Source: Candidatus Peribacter sp.
GTDB lineage: Bacteria > Patescibacteriota > Gracilibacteria > Peribacterales > Peribacteraceae
NCBI GenBank assembly: GCA_030647195.1
Contig: JAUSKD010000003.1
Span: 28,724 to 92,723 of the forward strand
Direction of reading: 5' to 3'
DNA: 64,000 bases
Made by a program: the position numbers and the translations under genes. Below are positions 34,901 to 43,141 of the stretch, piece by piece. The notes beneath the pieces are model-generated. The model was not told the origin of the DNA. It searched no databases and saw only the letters and a program-made list of their open reading frames with translations. Every line of letters begins with the position of its first letter. The first letter of the stretch is position 1.

Positions 34901-36312
34901 CGGTTGCGGCTGATGGCCCAGTCGCGGGCCCCCTCCAGCCACTTGCCGAACCGGCCGTCGCGCACGTGCGCGGGGACCCACTCCGTTTCCGCATTCGCCC
35001 TGAGCATGTCCTCCTTGATCTTCGTGACGTTCACGAACCACGAGCTTGTGGCGTAGTTGAGCAGCGGCGTCTCGCACCGCCAGCAGTGAGGATAGCTGTG
35101 CCGATAGGTCTCTTTGCGCCAGACGAACCCTTTTTTGCGGGAGTCCTCGATGATCTGTTTCTCTCCGTCTTCCACGTGCATGCCTGCGTAGGGGCCGGCC
35201 TCGGGCCCGAAGTGGCCGTTCATCTGCACGTCCATGACGATGGGCAGCTTGTTCTTCTTCGCCGCCTCCATATCGATCTCGCCGTACGAGCCGTTGATGG
35301 TCACGATGCCCGTTCCCTCAGACGGATCCACGTAATCCGCGGCGAAGATGTGGTAGACATGGGGGTTCTTTTTGACTTCCGGAATCTCCCCGTACCAGGG
35401 GGCGATGTGTTCGTAGGCCTTGCCGACCAGTTTTTTGCCGGGGATTTCATCGACGACTTCGTACTGCTCCGTTCCTTTCATCACGTCGGCAACGCGGCCT
35501 TTGGCCATGATGAGGTGTTCATCCCCTGCACGGACCTTCACGTACGTGGCATCCGGCCGGATCGAGAGACCCATCGTGGAGAGCGTGCTCCACGGCGTGG
35601 TGGTCCAGGCGAGCACGAAAGTGTTCTTCTCTCCCGCCAGCCTGAACTTCCACGTGACGGCGGTGTCATCGATATCCTTGTAGCCCTGCGTCACCTCGAA
35701 GTTACTGAGCGGCGTTTCGCAACGGGGGCAGACCTGCATGGCTTTCCGTCCCTCGTAGACGAGACCTTTCGCGTGGAGCTGGTTGAAGACCCACCAGATC
35801 GATTCCATGTACTCGGGGTCCATGGTGCGGTAGTCGTTGTCCATGTCCACCCAGCGGCCCATGCGTTCCACCACGGTCCGCCACTCTTTGGTGTAGCGCT
35901 GCACCGAGCTGCAGCAGAGTGCGTTGAACGTGTCCACGCCCATCTCTTCGATCTGCTTGTGGGAGGTGATGTTGTGCTCCTTCTCGATCAGGTTTTCGAC
36001 GGGGAGTCCGTGGCAGTCCCAGCCGAACCGGCGCTCCACGTAGTGGCCACGCATCGTCTGGTAGCGTGGGATCACGTCCTTGATCGTGCCGGCGAGCAGG
36101 TGCCCGTAGTGCGGCAGGCCCGTGGCGAAGGGTGGGCCGTCGTAGAAAGAGAACGTCTCGCTCCTGCCGCCGACGGGCCCGTCCAGAATATCGCCCGTCC
36201 CTGCCGAGCGAAGCCGAATGCTCCTCTTAAAAACATCTTCTTCCTGCCAGTAGCGGAGGATGCCTTCTTCCAGTTCGGGCAGCCGCTGTTTGGGATCCAC
36301 GGGGTCGAACAT
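31918..36312 (-). CDS. ileS: Isoleucyl-tRNA synthetase (eukaryote-like type 2) with two inserted histidine-phosphatase domains
   Basis: HIGH motif PHYGHLL, CWRCETPL, WGTPLPIW, CWFESGSMPYA and KMSKS motif KKMSKRL. The length is 1464 aa, against roughly 1050 that I would expect. The insertions carry VLRHGESEGN and LVRHGETDLN. Confidence 0.9.
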   Translation of the reverse strand: MFDPVDPKQRLPELEEGILRYWQEEDVFKRSIRLRSAGTGDILDGPVGGRSETFSFYDGPPFATGLPHYGHLLAGTIKDVIPRYQTMRGHYVERRFGWDCHGLPVENLIEKEHNITSHKQIEEMGVDTFNALCCSSVQRYTKEWRTVVERMGRWVDMDNDYRTMDPEYMESIWWVFNQLHAKGLVYEGRKAMQVCPRCETPLSNFEVTQGYKDIDDTAVTWKFRLAGEKNTFVLAWTTTPWSTLSTMGLSIRPDATYVKVRAGDEHLIMAKGRVADVMKGTEQYEVVDEIPGKKLVGKAYEHIAPWYGEIPEVKKNPHVYHIFAADYVDPSEGTGIVTINGSYGEIDMEAAKKNKLPIVMDVQMNGHFGPEAGPYAGMHVEDGEKQIIEDSRKKGFVWRKETYRHSYPHCWRCETPLLNYATSSWFVNVTKIKEDMLRANAETEWVPAHVRDGRFGKWLEGARDWAISRNRYWGTPLPIWRTERKEKGERAETIGEDVEVIQSRDDLMAHQKIRFTKVTVLRHGESEGNLIPIYQGKCPGSHLTDQGKTQAASAAAFLNVGEISAIYCSPLDRTKETAAVIAKATGAPLIVDERLHEVTFGDYEGKTVDFSDLTFVKARRAHKLETNAPESIYHFPGMETFGAVHERISAFLTEILPRHRGDHIVIVTHADPVQNIRHFFTGEDPLKLNHRPYPRYAEPLSFFWDHRTQRELDLHKHIVDDITWGASAEKGDTQLTLVRHGETDLNKQDKVNGGNTDSLLNETGRAQVHALAKKLKKQKFDVIISSDLKRAVETAEILSAALKVPHAAKWKELNERDTGDWTGKPEENFRTILTNGVIASPGLSPLTPPNGESFEAFLQRLEGALQRIRAEYPGKRVLVACHGGPIKCLQALVENLSLAEAAATAPKNAGAIDLKLPALMKRIPEVLDCWFESGSMPYAQSHFPFAFSRNKAGSKLKAQSSQLPPGFPADFIAEGMDQTRGWFYTLMILSTALYKKPAFMNCIVNGIVLAEDGKKMSKRLKNYPEPTEVVHRHGADAVRFTLMASPAVRGEDLRFSETLVSETVRAVLLPLWNVYSFFVTYANAAKFEPVESRRHSNHPLDRYIRAEVQDLVNRITRELDRYDLSAASAEIHETIDALTNWYVRLSRRRFAGKGAVDEEDTSPSAELSTHEDEQTEALATLYDVLLTVCQTLAPFCPFITDAIYINLVPGDHGSVHLTDWPDCKELTHEEEALIARHRLLKLIVSLGHGIRAGKKLKVRQPLARAVVALPPALARITLTEEDRNLLKNELNVKDLEFAPDPGELAERIAQVDARKVGPRLGARVQEIIRAGKTGDFTVREDGTVLILDEVLAPDEVSITYRSREGEDIAVEKGVVVSMDTTVSEALKREGLARDLVRAVQKIRKEAGLHFLDEIILAIEGLQDVMQEYGNVIAQETHAVLQENDGPAVPVEISGSHVTVRLKKR

Positions 36313-36363
36313 GCGCAGAGACTAGCATATTCACCATTCCCTGTGTGCCCTATTGTCGTCCAT

Positions 36364-37686
36364 TCATACCGGATAATCGACGTGCGTGAGGGGGTGATCC
36401 ACGAAGGCCAGTTCCCTCAATGTCGCCGTATTCCGCACGATGCTGCTCACGCGCACCCGTTCATCCTGCGTATGCTCGTCCTCGCAGATGGGCGGGAGAA
36501 TCACGGTCGGAATGTGCATGGCGTCGACCAGCGCCCCTTCATCCGCGGTGCCTTTGCCCGCTTTGATCACGGGACGCACTCCGCTGCTGGCCTCCATGCA
36601 ATTGGCAACCGTCTGGACCCAGGTGTGATTGGGGTGATCCAGGTATGGCTTGATGGATGGCGTCAATCTGCCGGGCTCGCCGAGGTAGGTCACGGCGTCG
36701 GGGTCCCTGATTTTCTTCTTCTGCAGTGCCGCATCGACGCCGCGCCGAACGACATCGATGATCGAGGCGGGATCGAGTGCCGGGTTGCCGTTGATCACGT
36801 CGATGTCGATCGTTTCGAGACTCGGCACGCTCATATTTCCCTGACGGACCGTGCCGCGCGTTTCGGGATCGCCCGTGTGTACGTCCCGTACCACGGCCCT
36901 CGTCGGCGGCATGAGCGTGCGAAAGTGCTCTTCCTCCCGCTGCGGGAATTCGATGTGCGGGAGAGCGAGTGTGATGATGGCTGCCCGGGTGGTGACGAGG
37001 CTCAGCGGGTCTGCCGCACTGGCATTTCCCCCGTGCATGCCTTTGCCTTTGATGACGAGGCGCAGGCCCAGCCGTCCCGGGCGGCCCACACAGATGAGCG
37101 GCGGGTCATCGATCTTCGTGCCCACTTCAATATCCGTGGATACGGCACAGCGGGCGTTCCCCACCAGATTGTGGTGCGGGTCTAAGGCGGCGTAGATGCC
37201 GTGCGACTGACCCTCTTCTCCTCCCACGAGCAGGATACGAACGGAGTGCCGGATGCGGGATCGATCCTGTTTCAGCTGCCATGCGGCGGTGAGCATGCTG
37301 ACGATGCCGGCGCCCATGTCGGCGCTCTTGAGTCCCCTGGCGATGTCATCATCTCCGCGTTCGAGTGTCAGTTGATACGGATCCCCCTGATATCCCACGG
37401 GGTAGTGCGTTCTGGGGTCGATGGAATCGAAGTGCCCGAACCACAGCATGTCCCCGGGCCCGGCAGTGCCTTCCGGGTTCACATCGATGGTCACGTTGAC
37501 CGGAGGCGGAGTCGCATCGGCGAATTTCGCGCTTGGAGGATAGGGGTGGATTCCCACGGTGCCCAAGCCCCACCGCTCGGCAAATTGAGCGAGGTATTCC
37601 GCCAGTGAGCGCTCGCCTTCGGGCGTGTGGGATTGCCGTGAGACGAGGTCGCCCAGGAGCTCTCTGGCGGAAGGGAATTCCTGCAC
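36364..37686 (-). CDS. M20-family metallopeptidase/deacylase (ArgE/DapE-like)
   Basis: Metal-ligand-like motifs WFGHFDS, ADMGAG and LLVGGEEGQSHG. Confidence 0.7.
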   Translation of the reverse strand: MQEFPSARELLGDLVSRQSHTPEGERSLAEYLAQFAERWGLGTVGIHPYPPSAKFADATPPPVNVTIDVNPEGTAGPGDMLWFGHFDSIDPRTHYPVGYQGDPYQLTLERGDDDIARGLKSADMGAGIVSMLTAAWQLKQDRSRIRHSVRILLVGGEEGQSHGIYAALDPHHNLVGNARCAVSTDIEVGTKIDDPPLICVGRPGRLGLRLVIKGKGMHGGNASAADPLSLVTTRAAIITLALPHIEFPQREEEHFRTLMPPTRAVVRDVHTGDPETRGTVRQGNMSVPSLETIDIDVINGNPALDPASIIDVVRRGVDAALQKKKIRDPDAVTYLGEPGRLTPSIKPYLDHPNHTWVQTVANCMEASSGVRPVIKAGKGTADEGALVDAMHIPTVILPPICEDEHTQDERVRVSSIVRNTATLRELAFVDHPLTHVDYPV

Positions 37687-37842
37687 AAAGCGGGGGGAAA
37701 TCAGCAGGATATCGTACTAGTTTCTTCGTTTGTCACCAGACATTCTTTAGCGCATTTTTTTGGTCTTCTGTCCGTCAAGCGCTCTTTGCGTATAGTCAAT
37801 TTCTGAGGCATTTTCATTGACGATTACCGCGGAAGGAAGAGA

Positions 37843-38385
37843 ATGTGTGTGTTGGAAAAAGTACCTTCCGGAATCGGCCATGCAGATGTGATAGCAGAGG
37901 TGCGCCTCGCACCCGAAGATGCTGTCGCTTTTTCCACTACCGATTCTTCGTTTGGAGGCCTGGGTTCCGAGAGTGTGCTGGATGCCGATGTTCCGCATCC
38001 GGGCGATGGAGATTCTTCTTCATGCCACAATGATGTGACGGTCATCCAACAGAGACGAGAAACTCCTTCTGATCTTGCAGTAGATCCCGAAGGGGATAGT
38101 GGGGCGCCTGCTGAAAGTTTAGACAGGACACTTGCGATTGCGCGGGGGGAGACGGTATTGAGGACAGCCGACCTTCTCCAGGCTTCAGAGCTTGCCCGTA
38201 GGGTTCAGGATATTGACCATCTCACCACAGTGGTGGCAAGCCAGGTGATGCGGGTCATGCGGCCATGGCTTGTTCAGCAGGCAGACAAAGCCACGACTCC
38301 CAACCGGTTCACGGCGGAACTCCGCCGGAGAGTCGATCTATACGTGCAACGGGCAATAACCCAGCTTCTAGCGAGGTTATCGTAA
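37843..38385 (+). CDS. Hypothetical protein
   Basis: ORF only. Confidence 0.3.
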   Translation: MCVLEKVPSGIGHADVIAEVRLAPEDAVAFSTTDSSFGGLGSESVLDADVPHPGDGDSSSCHNDVTVIQQRRETPSDLAVDPEGDSGAPAESLDRTLAIARGETVLRTADLLQASELARRVQDIDHLTTVVASQVMRVMRPWLVQQADKATTPNRFTAELRRRVDLYVQRAITQLLARLS

Positions 38386-38484
38386 TGACAATGCACAGGG
38401 GACGGTCGTTTTGAGCCAAAGAATCAGCACGCTTTCGGTTGATTGACAATAATGAATTCTTTAGAATAGTTTCCCTTTTCTCAT

Positions 38485-39555
38485 ATGGAAGGAGACGCAC
38501 ACGTCTTCGAGGATGGCATGCCCTCTGAATCCGAACAGGACGGGGATTCCGCAGACTCGGAGGTCGAAGATCGAGAAGTTGCGAAAATCATGCGCACAAT
38601 CAAAGGTCTGCAGAAATCCGGTTCTGATTCTGTTCGGGATGTGTCCGCTGCACGGGAGCGCCTGAAAAGCACTGCACTGGTGCCGATTGAGCTGCCTGCG
38701 GATGCTCCGGCCGAACATCCTGCACTGATGGAGGCGATTGCTCTCTATGACAAAAATCTGGTGCCTGACGAGGCATTTCGGGCGATGGTGGAGGGGGAAG
38801 AGGCGCATTTCCGTGAGCTGATCCAACGGGGAGGCATGCTCAACCGTTCGCGTCCGAATGATGTTGAGCGGCCGTACTACCCGGCCTGCTACGAGCCGGC
38901 ACACGATCAGATGCATCGTGATCTTACCGGTCAGTCGGGCAGACCCGGGCGTTATCAGATGATGGGACTGCGTGGCGGTGACAAAGAGGGACTTGTCGCC
39001 TGGATGACATTCCGGTTACCTCCACGTACCGGGTGCGCAGAGGAAGCAGAGGAAGCCTATCAGGGATATATGAGAAAGGTCTTCAGCCATGTGAAGCTTC
39101 GCGGCATTACGCGCGAAGCTCTTCCGCCTTTTTCCAGCATGATGGAAATCGATACGATCAACGTGAAAAGCGGGTGGAAGGGCGCCGGAACGAAATTGCT
39201 TGCCGAGACGCTGGGGCACCTGCATGCCAGCGAGGGCGAAGAGTGTCCACAGCATATCTACTACTATCGATTTTCCCGACTCTCCCTCAGGCAACCGGTC
39301 ATCGGGGCAGAAACGAGGCTCTTCAGCGGCGGAGAGAACACGTCGAGCGCACAGTTGTTCAGTGCCTGCGGATTTGATCACATCGGCCACCGACAGAGGG
39401 AGAGTGAGGTCGTCGCGCGCGAGGTGGCGAACATCAACTCTCCGCATGTGGTCGTATTGAACCCCATGTGGGAGTACGGACTGGCACAGTTCACGACGGC
39501 CCAGGAACTCGCCGAGAGGCGCCTGGAACGTTTCTACGGCGTTCGCAATAGCTGA
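38485..39555 (+). CDS. Hypothetical protein with a possible GNAT-like C-terminal region
   Basis: IDTINVKSGWKGAGTKLLAETL resembles the acetyl-CoA-binding motif A, but weakly. Confidence 0.35.
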   Translation: MEGDAHVFEDGMPSESEQDGDSADSEVEDREVAKIMRTIKGLQKSGSDSVRDVSAARERLKSTALVPIELPADAPAEHPALMEAIALYDKNLVPDEAFRAMVEGEEAHFRELIQRGGMLNRSRPNDVERPYYPACYEPAHDQMHRDLTGQSGRPGRYQMMGLRGGDKEGLVAWMTFRLPPRTGCAEEAEEAYQGYMRKVFSHVKLRGITREALPPFSSMMEIDTINVKSGWKGAGTKLLAETLGHLHASEGEECPQHIYYYRFSRLSLRQPVIGAETRLFSGGENTSSAQLFSACGFDHIGHRQRESEVVAREVANINSPHVVVLNPMWEYGLAQFTTAQELAERRLERFYGVRNS

Positions 39556-42342
39556 TCAGGTCTGCTGGATTGTTTGCTGTGGCAGTGTGGAATGTTTGAC
39601 GATGAGCGGCAGAGCCGCTCCCAGTGCGACGATACAGCCGGCGGCCAGTACGGGTTGCGCGACGTTGCCCATCAGCAGCGCCTGCCCGACCAGCGTCGTG
39701 AAGATCAGCAGGAAGGAATAGCGGAGCACGAAGTCGATTTCCCGGTGCGAGAGCAGGTAGTAGTAGATGTAGTAGGGCAAGCCGGCGAAGAACACGCTGA
39801 AGAGGATCATGCGCGCGATTGTGGGTGCGTTGTACTGCAGCAGGTGCGCGGCCGGCAGTAGGGGCAGGACGAAGAGCGCGCAGAAGAAGGAGAGGATGAA
39901 GAAGTACTGTGCGGCGCGCACGTCCACATGCTCCAGCCGCTTGTACCGTTCGCTCGCGATCGAGAACGCCGTAAAGCCCGTGACGGCGACGGCGGTGAAG
40001 ACGATGCCGCTCAGGGTCCAGGAGGGCGTGGAGGAGATGAGCAGGAAGATGCCGATGGCGAAGCACGCCCATGCGGCGAGCAGCATCTTCCATCGTTTGC
40101 GGTTGACGATGGTGGTGAGCAGGAAGCCCGAAGCGGTCATGGGGATGGTGTAGTGCGAGGGGAGGGTCTGTTCCAGGGAGGCATACGTGGAGAGGGCCAC
40201 GAAGAACAGGGCGATGACCGAGAGCCAGAGTGTGCGGCTGCGGAGTGGCAGCGAGGCATAGCGGAGCGGGGAGTGCAGCCGTGCCCAGATTAATAAGAGG
40301 CCGCTCATCACGAGCAGAGAGAAGAAGCGGATGATCGTGAGGTCCAAGGCGAAGATGCTGTGAGACTTCAGGAGCAGGTGGGCGAAGATAGGATCGAATC
40401 CCCACAAGGCGAAAATCAGGATGACCGTGAGGACCTGTCGCACCACAGAGTATGTGGGGACGACGCGCACATTCTGCGCACCCACGGCGCGTAATTCGGT
40501 GGCAATGAATTGCTGCTCTTCCGTCGAGAGAGGGAGACGCAGGGCGACCCTGACGTGCTGGTTGCTGGTAGGCAGAACCTGCACGTCGCCCAGTCCGACG
40601 CTGTATCGTTCGGCGAGAAAGAGGAAGCGCGTGAGCAGGTCATTGAGGGGCATCGTTGGAAGAGAGAACTGCACTGTACAGTTCGTCTTCTGCGGCGAGA
40701 GATTCCCGCGCGATCCGGAGGACCGGAAGATGGCGGCGATGGCGACCGAGGGCTGCAGGTGGCCATCGGCAACGGCAATGAAGGCGCCATCCAGAGAGGT
40801 GTAGCCCAGTGTGCGGATGCCCTTGAGCAGGCTTTCTTCTTTGAATTCCTTCAGATAGCCCCGCGCCTGTTTGGTCATGGCTTCCTGCAGAATCCGCCTG
40901 CCGCCCTCGATTTTCTGCTGGCGTGATGCGGACCCCAGGAGGGTGCGGATGGAGGCGATGGCCACTCCCGTATGCACCCACTCCAGCCACTCGCGCGTCA
41001 CCGTGGGGTGACTGGCCAGCTCCAGCGAGAGCGAGGCGCCATCGGAGAGCGGAGAGAAGAAGGAAGTGTCTCTGCCGTTGATTTTAATTGATTTCGTTTT
41101 GAGCGCTTTTTCTTTGTAGAGGTAGAACGCGCCGTCCAGGACGGTGGCCCCGGTGGGGAGCTGGATGGTGGTGTCATCCGGTCCGTAGATGAAGATGGAT
41201 TTGCCGAGGATGTCGCTCTGCAAGCTGTCCCAGAATTCCTGGCTCTTGTCCGCCGTATCCTTGGAGAGCGGAGCGATGCGCTCGGTCCAGGGCAGGTACT
41301 CCATGATGCCGATTGCCTTCTTGTCGAAACAGAGGGTCGCGATGCCCAGTTGGGCGTAGGCCTGCATTTCCTTCGTGCGGATCTTGCAGCGCACGCGCGT
41401 GCCGTTGCCGAGGATGATGGTCGTGTGCAAACCGCGGTAGCCGTTGATGGCGGGGGCGTTGATGAAATCTTTGAACGAGAGGATTTCGTGCTGCCATTTC
41501 TGATGGAGGACGCCGACGGTGGCATAGCACTGGGGGATGGAGGGACAGACGAACGCGAAGGTCACGTCCGAGCGGCCGGTCTTGGCCTCGGTTTCAGAGC
41601 CGAGCCTGGCACGGAGGTGATCCCACGATTTGCGCTCCACGCGCACGATCACGTCAGAGGGCAGCGGCTCCGGCTCGCCGTACAGTTCCTCGCGCATGGC
41701 ATCCACCACCGTTGCGGCCTGACGTTCGTTCAGGTCGCGGAGCTGCGTCAGGAGGGCGAAGGTCTCGGGTTCCAGAATGGCGATGCAGAGCGCTTCCAGT
41801 TCGTCGCTCAGGTCATGCATGCTCATCCGCTCCGCGATCTTCACATAGATGTCCGTCGTCTCCTGCGCGAAGGAGATTTGCCGTTCCTTCGAAAGGAATT
41901 CGACCGTGCGCATGTTGTGCAGACGATCGGCCAGCTTGATCACCATGATCCGCACGTCTTCCTGCATCAGGAGCACCATTTTGCGCAGGGATTCGATCTC
42001 TTCGTCGAGGGTGGGATGCTGCCGCATGTCCTCGTCGTCGAGTTTGGTCATCCCTTCGATTAATGCCGCAGCCGTGTGGCCGAAGCGCTGTTCGGTGTGT
42101 TCGAGGGTGAGATCGGTGTCTTCAATGACGTCGTGGAGGAGCGCGGCGACGAGGGCATCCGCTCCGGCTCCCATTTCCGCGATGAGGAGGGCGACGGCGA
42201 TGGGGTGCGAGGCGTAGGGTTCCCCGGATTTGCGCACCTGCCCTTCATGGGCGCTGATACACAGATCGAACGCCCGGTGCACACGATCGCTGTCTGCAGG
42301 GGAAAGGTGCCGGAGGAAGGATTGGAATTCCTGCCACTCCAT
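39556..42342 (-). CDS. rel: Bifunctional (p)ppGpp synthetase/hydrolase (Rel/SpoT) fused to a C-terminal 10-TM EamA/DMT-like domain
   Basis: HD domain HPIAVALL...LLHDVIEDT, synthetase INGYRGLHTTI, TGS IFIYGPDDTTIQLPTGATVLDGAF and an ACT-like region. These are followed by 296 aa with ten hydrophobic helices (39556-40446). Confidence 0.85.
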   Translation of the reverse strand: MEWQEFQSFLRHLSPADSDRVHRAFDLCISAHEGQVRKSGEPYASHPIAVALLIAEMGAGADALVAALLHDVIEDTDLTLEHTEQRFGHTAAALIEGMTKLDDEDMRQHPTLDEEIESLRKMVLLMQEDVRIMVIKLADRLHNMRTVEFLSKERQISFAQETTDIYVKIAERMSMHDLSDELEALCIAILEPETFALLTQLRDLNERQAATVVDAMREELYGEPEPLPSDVIVRVERKSWDHLRARLGSETEAKTGRSDVTFAFVCPSIPQCYATVGVLHQKWQHEILSFKDFINAPAINGYRGLHTTIILGNGTRVRCKIRTKEMQAYAQLGIATLCFDKKAIGIMEYLPWTERIAPLSKDTADKSQEFWDSLQSDILGKSIFIYGPDDTTIQLPTGATVLDGAFYLYKEKALKTKSIKINGRDTSFFSPLSDGASLSLELASHPTVTREWLEWVHTGVAIASIRTLLGSASRQQKIEGGRRILQEAMTKQARGYLKEFKEESLLKGIRTLGYTSLDGAFIAVADGHLQPSVAIAAIFRSSGSRGNLSPQKTNCTVQFSLPTMPLNDLLTRFLFLAERYSVGLGDVQVLPTSNQHVRVALRLPLSTEEQQFIATELRAVGAQNVRVVPTYSVVRQVLTVILIFALWGFDPIFAHLLLKSHSIFALDLTIIRFFSLLVMSGLLLIWARLHSPLRYASLPLRSRTLWLSVIALFFVALSTYASLEQTLPSHYTIPMTASGFLLTTIVNRKRWKMLLAAWACFAIGIFLLISSTPSWTLSGIVFTAVAVTGFTAFSIASERYKRLEHVDVRAAQYFFILSFFCALFVLPLLPAAHLLQYNAPTIARMILFSVFFAGLPYYIYYYLLSHREIDFVLRYSFLLIFTTLVGQALLMGNVAQPVLAAGCIVALGAALPLIVKHSTLPQQTIQQT

Positions 42343-42492
42343 TGAGGGTACAGTTTACTCGCCTTATTGGGCGAAGTGGAGCGATTTTTCGTGGAAGGGC
42401 CACCTACGGTGCGGCTCAGCGCTGGGCCTAAGGCGGAGCCACCCACCGCTTCGCCGCAATTATTTCATTGGGGGTTTTCCGGCCATATTTGT

Positions 42493-43047
42493 TTAGTCCT
42501 TCCATTTAATACTGCACCCGATGGCATTCGCTTCCGCCACAAGGGGATCGCGGTTCTCGACGAGAGCATTGAGCGCATCCCAAAGATTGCGCTGCTTCAC
42601 CTTGTCCGGGTGTTCCCAGTTATCATCCACGCGGCCTTTGTACTTCAGGGTGCGGTCTCGGCCGAAGACGAAGCAGTGGGGGGTGCAGAGCGCCCCGAAG
42701 GCCCGGGCGACTTCCTGCGTTTCGTCGTGGCAGTATGGGCAGGGGTAACCCCGCTCCTCGTAACGCTCCTTCATGGCGGCGAAGGAATCCTGCGGATAAT
42801 CCGTCGCATCATTGCTGTTGATCAGGATGACCTGTACTCCCTCCTGATCGAAGTGCTCGGCAATTGCGATGATGCGGTCCTCGTAGGCTAAAGCGTACGG
42901 GCAGTGGTTGCAGGTGAAGATCACGGCGAGGAAGGGATCCTTGATCCCGCGCGTGTCGATCGTGAGCCCGTCCACCGCGGGCAGACGAAAGTGCGGCAGG
43001 GGATCACCGATGTTGAGGACGCTGGAGTTGTCGTTGATGAGCGTCAT
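42493..43047 (-). CDS. Thioredoxin-fold (redoxin/AhpC-TSA-like) protein
   Basis: FTCNHCPY active-site-like motif in a typical redoxin context. Confidence 0.65.
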   Translation of the reverse strand: MTLINDNSSVLNIGDPLPHFRLPAVDGLTIDTRGIKDPFLAVIFTCNHCPYALAYEDRIIAIAEHFDQEGVQVILINSNDATDYPQDSFAAMKERYEERGYPCPYCHDETQEVARAFGALCTPHCFVFGRDRTLKYKGRVDDNWEHPDKVKQRNLWDALNALVENRDPLVAEANAIGCSIKWKD

Positions 43048-43141
43048 AGGAGAGCAGGGAACGAGGGAACTCGGGATTCGGACGAAGATGAATCCTCAGT
43101 ATACTCCAGCCTGCATCAACGGCATTGCATCGCTCCGGCAC

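Noticed and set aside
34675-37185. 836-aa plus-strand ORF, and similar long ORFs at 4602-5681, 4741-5985, 29803-31170, 31639-33147, 33487-34602, 54880-56484 and 59094-60752
   Set aside because: They run antisense to genes with clear conserved motifs (ileS, M20 peptidase, membrane GT, SLH proteins, typA, lipoprotein). Their translations are low-complexity R/G/A/H-rich, as expected from stop-codon depletion in GC-rich DNA.
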